Source: Kiritimatiellia bacterium
Lineage (GTDB): Bacteria > Verrucomicrobiota > Kiritimatiellia > RFP12 > JBMNHG01
Assembly: GCA_045627705.1 (NCBI GenBank)
Contig: JAZQOE010000124.1
Location: 17,865-81,864 of the forward strand
Direction of reading: 5' to 3'
Length of the DNA stretch: 64,000 bases
A program made the position numbers and the translations under genes. The notes under the pieces were generated by a model, which was not told the origin of the DNA, ran no database searches, and worked only from the letters and a program-made list of their open reading frames with translations. This document shows, in pieces, positions 9,557-16,928 of the stretch. Every line of letters starts with the position of its first letter. The stretch's first letter is position 1.

Positions 9557-9646
9557 TATGATGCCTCGTCGCAGTTGTTGCGTGGTTGAGTGTCGGGTGA
9601 ATGAATCGGCCGAAAAAGCGAGGCGATGCGGGATCGCGATGGATTT

Positions 9647-9663
9647 CGCGGCGCGCCGTTTTT
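9647..9663. repeat. copy of the dispersed palindromic motif (cgcggcgcgccgttttt), intergenic between truB and the CofE-like gene
   Basis: Exact match to the core ggcgcgccgttttt. Confidence 0.5.
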
Positions 9664-9684
9664 GTCGTGGACGCGCTTTCGGAA

Positions 9685-10953
9685 TTATTCCGTGGCGTAG
9701 GTGTCGAAGTAACCCTGGATCCAGACGATGGGTGTGCCCTTGTCGCCGCTGCCGGAGGTGAGGTCGCAGAGCGAGCCGATCAGGTCGGTGAGGCGGCGCG
9801 GGGTCGTGCCCTGCGATTCCATCGAGCCTTTGAGGTTCGAGTCCTTCTCCTGGATGCGGTCGCGGATCGCGGCGGCGAGCGCGTCGCCGGAGAGTCCGGC
9901 AAACTGGTTGTCGGCAAGGTATTTCAGCTTCAGTTCGTTCGGCGTGCCGACGAGGCCCTTGGTGAATGCCGGGGATACGACGGGATCGGCGAGCTCCCAG
10001 ATCTTGCCGACGGGGTCCTTGAAGGCGCCGTCGCCATAGACCATCACTTCGACCGTCTTGCCAGTGGCGGCCTTGAGACCGGCCTGGATGGCATCGACGA
10101 GGGGCTGCGGGTTGCGCGGGAAGAGCTTGACCTTGTCCTCGGTGGCCTTGTTCGAACCGAGCAGTCCATAGTCGGGATTGAAGCCGCTGCCGTCGATGGA
10201 GGCGGTCATGATGTTGTCGAGGGCGAAGACGGAATTGGCGCCGGCCTTGCGGAGGATGTGCTTGCTCTTTTCGCGGGTGTGGATGTCGCACACGAGGACA
10301 TCCTTCGCGAAGTCGAGTGCGCGTTCGATGCGGTTGGTGAAGTGGACGTCTGCCTCGCAGCCGCATTCGCGGATGAGGTCGAGGTAGTATTTCACGTAAT
10401 CGACGCCCGTGAAGGGGTGGAGGTCGTAGCCGAACGCCTTGCGGTAGGTCGCCTCGTCGATCGTGTCGCGCCAGGGGTCGATGTCGCAGTCCAGGAGCTT
10501 GGCGGGATCGAAGAGGTGGTTGCCGACTTCGTCGCTCGGGAAACTGAGCACGAGATGTATCTTCTTCAGGCCTGTCGCGATGCCGCGGAGACAGATTGCG
10601 AAGGGGTTGCGGGAGAGGATCGGGAAGGTGAGTGCGATTTCGCCGGATGGGAACTTGGCGGCCACGTCCTTGGCGATCTGGGCGACCGTGGCGTAGTTGC
10701 CCTGGGCGCGCGCGACGACCGCTTCCGTGACGGCCACGACATCGCGGTCTCTGATCGGGGATTGTTCGGCCTGCGAGCAGGCGAGCACGGATTCGACGAC
10801 AATCTTCGCAACGTCGTCACCGGCCCTGAATACCGGGGCGCGCACGCCGCGGCTAACTGTACCAGCCATCCTCTTCATGGAATTTTCTCCGTGTTTCCGC
10901 GGCTTGGAACGCATGTTTGAAGGACGCCCTTCAATGTCAGCCAAATCGCGCAA
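9685..10953 (-). CDS. CofE-like gamma-glutamyl ligase family protein (COG1478-like, long form). Function in a non-methanogen is unknown.
   Basis: Loose match to the F420-0:gamma-glutamyl ligase fold motifs: an N-terminal ...FRAGDDVAKIV...DRDVVAVTEAVV, then GSGFNPDYGLLGSN, MVYGDGAFKDPVG and GTTPRRLTDLIG. Tentative. Confidence 0.35.
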   Translation of the reverse strand: MRDLADIEGRPSNMRSKPRKHGENSMKRMAGTVSRGVRAPVFRAGDDVAKIVVESVLACSQAEQSPIRDRDVVAVTEAVVARAQGNYATVAQIAKDVAAKFPSGEIALTFPILSRNPFAICLRGIATGLKKIHLVLSFPSDEVGNHLFDPAKLLDCDIDPWRDTIDEATYRKAFGYDLHPFTGVDYVKYYLDLIRECGCEADVHFTNRIERALDFAKDVLVCDIHTREKSKHILRKAGANSVFALDNIMTASIDGSGFNPDYGLLGSNKATEDKVKLFPRNPQPLVDAIQAGLKAATGKTVEVMVYGDGAFKDPVGKIWELADPVVSPAFTKGLVGTPNELKLKYLADNQFAGLSGDALAAAIRDRIQEKDSNLKGSMESQGTTPRRLTDLIGSLCDLTSGSGDKGTPIVWIQGYFDTYATE

Positions 10954-11186
10954 AACGGTGGACGATTATATTTGTGCCGCGCCCGCCCACGCAAGGATTT
11001 TCTGTGTCCGCGCTTTCAGCCTGACCGCTTCCCATACGTGAGACACTTTCATCGTCTCGTCGCCGAAATAGTTGATGACCTTTGCCTTCGGGAGATCGCT
11101 CTTTGGGCACAGGGCGCCCGCCATGTCGTTTTCTGGCTGGATAGTGATTCGATGGGGCAGGGCGGTTTGCCCAAAACAGTTGCGGG

Positions 11187-11229
11187 GCGCCGCGAAACGG
11201 GTCTCCATTTCGCGGCGCGCCGCTTTTTT
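11187..11229. terminator. GC-rich hairpin carrying the dispersed palindromic motif, downstream of giant gene 1 (bidirectional terminator candidate)
   Basis: gcgccgcgaaa-cgggtctcc-atttcgcggcgcgccgc followed by tttttt on the + strand. The A-run on the other side is weak. Confidence 0.4.
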
Positions 11230-11252
11230 ACGCCGTCAATTCAAACGGACGG

Positions 11253-14200
11253 TTATCGGATGAAGATAAGCGTGCCGGGATTGACGGTTTCGCTCTCGTA
11301 GCAGCCGAGGTCGACGATGTCTTCCCTGGCGCCGGCGCGGCCCTTCCAGATACGGGGCGAGCCATCCAGGTCGATCGTCGAGAGCACGTTTTCGTTGTTG
11401 CCCGCGTCGATGGCGAGGCTGTTCGAGCGCAAGTGCGCGTCGAAGGCGGGATCGCTCCAGAGGACCGACGTGTTCTTGAGACCGGGATTCATGAGCATTA
11501 CGTTCGCGCTGCTGTTGGTCTCGTAGCCGCGGCCTTCCTCGATGTTCCAGAGAATGGTGTCATAGAGGTACAGGTGCGTGCCGGGCTCGTGAATCATGGC
11601 GCCGTCGGGCGGGATGAACGAGAGGATGCCGTCGCAGATGATCGAATTGTAGAATCGCGGGAAGATGTAGCGGCCGTTGTAGCCGCCGGTGTTCCCGACG
11701 AAGGTGCAATTGCGGATGTGCGGGTAGGAGGCATACCCGTGGAAGACGCCGGCGGGGGTGTAGTTGCCCGCGAAGAGGCAGTCGTCGAAGGTGCAGGTCG
11801 GCGGATTCTTGTTGTCGTTGTTGAAGTAGTTGATTCCGAAGACCGCCCCTTCGCGGCCGCCGAGGAACTTGCAGCGGCGGACATTCAGCGAGCCACCGTT
11901 GCGTCCGAAGAGGGCCGAGGCGCGATAGGCGTCGCTGAGCTGGTTGTTGGACTGGGTGACGGCGTTGTTGCGGAATGTGCAGTCTTCGAGGGTCACGTAG
12001 ATGTTCACTTCCATGCCGCCGAAGACGGTCGCGTTGTCGCTGTCGTTGTCCGCAAAGAGACAGTTCTTCGCGGTGAACACCTGCTGGTTGTTCAGCACCT
12101 GCTTTTCGAGGTAGATGGCGGAGTGACGGACCATGTTCGTGAAGACGCAGTCGATTGCGGTCACATCGGCGTTGTCGCGCTGGGCGATGCCGCCGACGGC
12201 CGCCTTGTTGTTTACGGACTGCGTGAAGACCGAGTTGGTCACCACTGCCGTGGCCGATACGACATGGAGGGCCATCGAGCGGGTGTCGCGGAAGGAGAGG
12301 TTCGCGATGCGGACCGCTTCGGTTCCGGTTACTGACACCAGTGTATCGGCCGTATTGTCGCCGGTGAGGATGCAGCCTTCCGCCGCGGAGGTCGTGTCGC
12401 CATCGGCTGAGCAACCGATGAGGTCGATGCCCGCGGCATTGAGCGGGAAGGATTCCTGTGCGGTCGTGTAGTTGCCGGGGAGGAGACGGACTTCATCGCC
12501 GACCGCGAGATTCGAGATCGCGAAGGTCGCGGTGCGGAGCGGATCGTCCAGGGCGCCAGTCGCGGCGTCGGAGCCATCCTTCGGATCGACGTACAGGTAG
12601 CCGGGGTGTGCGATGACGGTGAGGATGATGGTGTCGGTGCCGGTTTCCTTGAAGATGAAGCCGCCGCCGATCGTCACCTCGATCGTGTTGATGCCGTTGC
12701 CGCCGGTGACGGTGAGGCTGCCGGACGAGGCATGCTCGTCAACATCGATGTAGGCATTGCCGTTCCATGCGGCCGAGCTGGTGCCGGTCTCGAACGGGCC
12801 GTTCACGACGATCGGCAGGCGGGTCGTGGCGAGGATGCCCTGCTCGAACAGGGAAACCGTGAACCCGCGGGTCGCGCCCTGGCGGAGGAAGAACCTGGTG
12901 TCGCCACCGATTGTCACGAGGTTCGACGACGGGAAGACGTCGATCGCGAACGGCGCGATGCCTTCGGAGGTCCCGGACTCGGAGAGGACCAGGCGAGTGA
13001 TGGTCTCGGCGCAATCCGAGGCGACAGTGACAGGCAGATCGACTGGGCCGGCGCCATCGGGGATCGTCAGCGTCTCTGGGCCGGAGAGACCTTCGCCGTA
13101 TTCGATAGCGACGGTGACGGGTCCGCTGGCGGCGGGGGAGACGGAGACCTTGGTCGTGTAGGTGCTGCCCTTGAACACGTAGAGGGCGCCAGGCACTGGA
13201 ATCTGGAAGGCCGGCACGGGCGAAGCGTGGAAGGTCGATTCGTAGCAGCCGAGGTCGGCGGTTTCGATGGCGTCGCCGTCGTTGTCGGCGATGCGGGCGT
13301 TGCCCGCGAGGTCAATCTTGGTGCTCGCCACGGAGTTTACGCCGGCGTCAATCGCGGGCGAATACGGGCGGGGACGCGCGTCGAAGGCGGGATCATCCCA
13401 GGATACATCGCAGTTTTCAATCCACGGATTGTCCGTCGATACTCCATAGCTCGCCTGTTCGTTGTATCCGTTGCCGAGATCGGTGTTCCAGAGGATGACG
13501 TTCTGGAGGCGGAGCCTCGTGGCATCGTCGTTCATGTCGGACGAAGAGTGCGTGAGTGCGCCAACGTCGCAGAGGATGCAGTTGCGCAGGTAGGTGTCGC
13601 AGACATATCCGGTGAAACCGCCGCCGCAGCGGATGAACGTGCAGTTGTCGATGAGCCAGTTGGTGGTGTAGCCATTGATGATGTGGTGCGTGACGGGGTT
13701 GTCCACGAAGAGCGAATCCTGGACGCTGCAGGAAGTGCTGGAGCTCGTGCCGAAGAGGGCGCGGCCGGTATTGCCGAAGAAGCGGCAGCGGGCGAGATGC
13801 GCGGAACTCCAATTTCCCCATGCGCCCCAGATGTAGATGCAGGCGGCGGCCTGGCCATCGTGCAGCTTCTGGCTCAAGGCGCTGTTCGTGGCGAAGAGCG
13901 TGTCGTCCACCCTGATGTCGAAGCGCGAACCCGAAGGGGCCGCGATCGCGCCGTAGGAATTGGAGTTGCCGTTGAAGGCGCAGTTCGTCGCGTTGAATGT
14001 CGCGTTGTTGTTCTCGCTGCACCAGACGGTGCCGATTCGGCGGATGGAGAGGAACTCGCATCCGGCGGCATTCGCGATGCCGTTGTTGCTGATCTGGATT
14101 GCGCCGGCGGCGTTGTAGTTTTCGACCGACTGCGTGAAGAGGATGTTTTCGAGACTGGCTTCGGCGGCGCTGACATCGACCAACGGGCCTGTGGTGTCGC

Positions 14201-16742
14201 GCAGGTGGAGTCCACGGATGGAAGAGACCGCGTTGCCGTCCGCGAAGGTGAAGAGTGACTGGGCCTCGTTGCCGCCATCGACCACGCGATCGGTACGGAG
14301 GGAGGTGCCGGAGGCGTCCCAGTCGAGGATGCTGACACCATTTGCCAGGCTAATCGGGAAGACTTCGCCGTTGGCCGCGGAGTAGATGCCCTCGCCGACA
14401 TAGACCGTGCCGCCGATTGAATCGACTTCGGCGAGCGCGCGGGTGATGGAGCGGAATGGCGCTTCGGGGCGGCCCGTTCCGGTGGAGTCGTCGCCAAGGG
14501 CGGAGACGAAGACGTCCGACCAGCGGGTCGAGGTGATGTTGGCGACGGCGCTATCGGTTAGGCCGGCGTTGTTCATCACGGTGAGGGTGACTTGGCCGGG
14601 GGTGGTGACCCTCGCGGGGGAGACCGTCATCTGGTAGATTCCGCTTTCGCCGCCGAGGGAACCGTTATCGATCATTTCGGGCGTGACAAGAGTGCCTTCG
14701 ACGCTGTCGAGCATGATCTCGATATCCTTTGCGATCGCGGTCGGGGTCTCGACGGAGTAGGTGATCGTATCGACGAAGCTGTTGATTTCTTCCTCGTTGA
14801 GGGCACGTTCGCGGACCCACAGGACGTTCGTGACAACGCACGACGATTCGGGAGCCGTGAAGGAAATGTTCCTGGGCGGGTTGAGGCTGTCGTAGAAGAT
14901 CCAGGCGGAATCGGAGATCGAACCAGGATCCGAGGAGGTCGTGAACTGGTATTCGGAACTGCCGGTGAAAACGGGAAGTCCGGCGACATTGAGCGTGGAC
15001 GACGCCGTGTAGTCCCCGCTGCCGGTGACTGGATCGACGAGGGAGAAGGAATAGGGCGAGAACTGATAGGTCAGGTCGTCGAAGTAGTTGCCGTCGGCAT
15101 CGGTGATGCGCAGCTGCATGTAGTCGCCGCCGCCGCCTTCCTGGAGCTTGATGGTGATCGAATTCAGACCGGGGTAGAGCCTGCCTTCGGAAACATATTC
15201 GCCACCGGATCCGCCATTGGACACCTGCAGGATTCCGTTGTTCCAGACGCGGATGCCGTCGTCGTTGTAGTGGCGGAACCAGACTTTACGCTCGACCTTG
15301 TCGGGCATGTTGATGTAGATGTGCCAATACTTGATGTAGTCTCCGCGGTCGGGGGTGGGACTCCAGCGTCCGCTTTCGTCGGGGCAGTCCATTTCTGTCC
15401 AGACAAGGCTGCCGCTTGTGGGTGTCGCCCCGAGGACGCCATCGTAAACGAGGCCGTCGTAGGGGTACTGGTGCGCCTGGCCGCCGAAATTAGCGAGCTG
15501 GTCGCCATCCACGCCGCCAGTAGCACCGGAGGCGATCCAATCGTCGTTGAAGTTCGCGCCGAGGTGGAGGAGGCGCTTGAAGTAGCTGTGGGGAAGAGGG
15601 GTGGCGGCATTGCCCATGCCGATTTCCGAAGCAGCGAAGCCGATCGCCGTGACATCGGCCGTGACGGCCGTCACATTGCCGGCGTTGTTGACGACGCTCG
15701 CCGTGACCTTGGTCGTTCCAAGCGCGGAAATGGAAGACGGCGTGACGCTCATCGCGAATACTCCGAGCGGATCGCCGTAGGACGCGATGACATCCAGGGC
15801 GGAAAGTTTGCGGGGCGTATCGCCCTTGTTCAGCATGAGCGTGATGTCGCGCGTGGTGACTGTCGGCGTCGCGGTCGTGTAGGCGATCGAGCCATTGACC
15901 GACACTGGTTCGGCGTCTGTCTCCCCCGTGCGGAACCAGGCGGTGAAAATCACGTCGCCATCGGTGGGCGGCGCAGGGAAATCGATGGTCTCGGCGGGGA
16001 TCGTCCCTGCGATGTATCCATTCCATTTGTTTGCGTCGGGCTGGGCTTCGCCGATGGTGATCTGGTACTGGGTCGCTCCGAAAACGACCGGCATTTCCGC
16101 GATTTCCACCGCATTCGTACCGGTCATGGACGTGTTGCCGGTGATGGGGTTGCGGAGCGCCAGGTTCTCGGCATGGTGCCCAATGATTTCAATTTCGAGG
16201 TAGCCGGTGTAGCCATTGTCCTGCGGCCCGAAATTGATTCGGATTGCCTTTGCCGCGGCGAAGATGAAGCCATCGTCGGGGTTGGCGAACTTGGCGAAGC
16301 AATTGGCGGAGTTGCCGTCGTATGCGAGGGCGCTGTCCGGGATCGTCTCCCAGGATTCATCGCCCTTCAACGCCTCGATCGAGACAATGTTGATTCCATC
16401 GCGTCCGCTGTCGTTCCACTGCGAGTAGATGTTGATGCCGGAAATGGCGCATAAGACATCGAATTCGTAGGTCAGCGAACCATTGTTGCCGATCGTATAG
16501 CGTTCGGGATTGCTGCTGCCGTACAGGCCATCGGTCAGGCGGTCTGTTCCACCAGTGCCTTCGGCTCCGGCGCTGCCGTTGGCCACGGCCGTCGGGGTTT
16601 TGCCCAATATCAGATTGTCTGCGGCCGGGGTGAAACCGCCGGACGAGAGCGTTGCCCCGGTTGTCCAGACATTTGCCGCGGACGCGCAAGCGGCTGAAAG
16701 CGCCGCGGCCGCGAATAAACGAGCGATAGAACGTAACGACAT
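11253..16742 (-). CDS. giant secreted beta-helix protein, paralog 1 (1829 aa). Signal peptide, discoidin-like N-domain, PA14-like domain, Ig-like modules, two right-handed beta-helix modules each ending in DLGCYE, and a C-terminal ...PGTLIFIR tail.
   Basis: Signal peptide MSLRSIARLFAAAALSAACASA. PA14-like segment LLHLGANFNDD...NDDGIRVWNNGIL...IKLQEGGGGDYMQL. Beta-helix modules begin with YVDPKDGSDAATGALDDPLRTATFAI (DUF1565-like). Choice-of-anchor-Q-like motifs DPAFDARPRPYSPAIDAG...DLGCYE. The terminus reads VDLGCYESETVNPGTLIFIR. Confidence 0.8.
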   Translation of the reverse strand: MSLRSIARLFAAAALSAACASAANVWTTGATLSSGGFTPAADNLILGKTPTAVANGSAGAEGTGGTDRLTDGLYGSSNPERYTIGNNGSLTYEFDVLCAISGINIYSQWNDSGRDGINIVSIEALKGDESWETIPDSALAYDGNSANCFAKFANPDDGFIFAAAKAIRINFGPQDNGYTGYLEIEIIGHHAENLALRNPITGNTSMTGTNAVEIAEMPVVFGATQYQITIGEAQPDANKWNGYIAGTIPAETIDFPAPPTDGDVIFTAWFRTGETDAEPVSVNGSIAYTTATPTVTTRDITLMLNKGDTPRKLSALDVIASYGDPLGVFAMSVTPSSISALGTTKVTASVVNNAGNVTAVTADVTAIGFAASEIGMGNAATPLPHSYFKRLLHLGANFNDDWIASGATGGVDGDQLANFGGQAHQYPYDGLVYDGVLGATPTSGSLVWTEMDCPDESGRWSPTPDRGDYIKYWHIYINMPDKVERKVWFRHYNDDGIRVWNNGILQVSNGGSGGEYVSEGRLYPGLNSITIKLQEGGGGDYMQLRITDADGNYFDDLTYQFSPYSFSLVDPVTGSGDYTASSTLNVAGLPVFTGSSEYQFTTSSDPGSISDSAWIFYDSLNPPRNISFTAPESSCVVTNVLWVRERALNEEEINSFVDTITYSVETPTAIAKDIEIMLDSVEGTLVTPEMIDNGSLGGESGIYQMTVSPARVTTPGQVTLTVMNNAGLTDSAVANITSTRWSDVFVSALGDDSTGTGRPEAPFRSITRALAEVDSIGGTVYVGEGIYSAANGEVFPISLANGVSILDWDASGTSLRTDRVVDGGNEAQSLFTFADGNAVSSIRGLHLRDTTGPLVDVSAAEASLENILFTQSVENYNAAGAIQISNNGIANAAGCEFLSIRRIGTVWCSENNNATFNATNCAFNGNSNSYGAIAAPSGSRFDIRVDDTLFATNSALSQKLHDGQAAACIYIWGAWGNWSSAHLARCRFFGNTGRALFGTSSSTSCSVQDSLFVDNPVTHHIINGYTTNWLIDNCTFIRCGGGFTGYVCDTYLRNCILCDVGALTHSSSDMNDDATRLRLQNVILWNTDLGNGYNEQASYGVSTDNPWIENCDVSWDDPAFDARPRPYSPAIDAGVNSVASTKIDLAGNARIADNDGDAIETADLGCYESTFHASPVPAFQIPVPGALYVFKGSTYTTKVSVSPAASGPVTVAIEYGEGLSGPETLTIPDGAGPVDLPVTVASDCAETITRLVLSESGTSEGIAPFAIDVFPSSNLVTIGGDTRFFLRQGATRGFTVSLFEQGILATTRLPIVVNGPFETGTSSAAWNGNAYIDVDEHASSGSLTVTGGNGINTIEVTIGGGFIFKETGTDTIILTVIAHPGYLYVDPKDGSDAATGALDDPLRTATFAISNLAVGDEVRLLPGNYTTAQESFPLNAAGIDLIGCSADGDTTSAAEGCILTGDNTADTLVSVTGTEAVRIANLSFRDTRSMALHVVSATAVVTNSVFTQSVNNKAAVGGIAQRDNADVTAIDCVFTNMVRHSAIYLEKQVLNNQQVFTAKNCLFADNDSDNATVFGGMEVNIYVTLEDCTFRNNAVTQSNNQLSDAYRASALFGRNGGSLNVRRCKFLGGREGAVFGINYFNNDNKNPPTCTFDDCLFAGNYTPAGVFHGYASYPHIRNCTFVGNTGGYNGRYIFPRFYNSIICDGILSFIPPDGAMIHEPGTHLYLYDTILWNIEEGRGYETNSSANVMLMNPGLKNTSVLWSDPAFDAHLRSNSLAIDAGNNENVLSTIDLDGSPRIWKGRAGAREDIVDLGCYESETVNPGTLIFIR

Positions 16743-16784
16743 ACAAGTGCTCCTTGTGATGAAAACCCAACGTAAGTATCTGCA

Positions 16785-16814
16785 TTTTACGACTTGTGAA
16801 GGGTGAATCGCAAG
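16785..16814 (-). promoter_or_regulatory. candidate sigma70-type promoter of giant gene 1 (TTGCGA-N18-TAAAAT on the minus strand), with RBS AAGGAG before the ATG
   Basis: Reverse complement reads cttgcgattcacccttcacaagtcgtaaaatgc. Similar -35 'cttga/cttgc' boxes sit upstream of the other paralogs. Confidence 0.3.
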
Positions 16815-16928
16815 AAAATTCGCTTTGGGTTTGTCAAACGAACATCGGAAGTGCTATCATGACAAACTCTTTGAGATCAGCCGGCGTGCTTCTCGCCGGC
16901 CACTGAACCGCCTATCGAGGAAATAACC

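Noticed and set aside
8837-10366. 509-aa version of the truB ORF
   Set aside because: Only the C-terminal 240 aa (from MGLKYLPLPDIDG) are TruB. The upstream 270 codons are an Arg/Pro/His-rich out-of-context extension that overlaps the CofE-like gene.
9601-10920. 439-aa plus-strand ORF
   Set aside because: Antisense to the CofE-like gene. Gly/Val/Asp/Glu/Ala-rich with no motifs.
12606-16454. Long plus-strand ORFs (12606..14258, 14592..16454, 11433..12335) inside giant gene 1
   Set aside because: Antisense to a 1829-aa ORF with signal peptide and recognisable domains. Gly/Asp/Arg/Val-rich translations without motifs. High-GC shadow ORFs.
16878-16905. GC-rich dyad cagCCGGCGtgcttctcGCCGGcc in the 5' UTR of the GreA-fusion gene, considered as terminator or attenuator
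   Set aside because: No T-run follows. Short 6-bp stem with 8-nt loop. It could be incidental, and was not reported as a feature.
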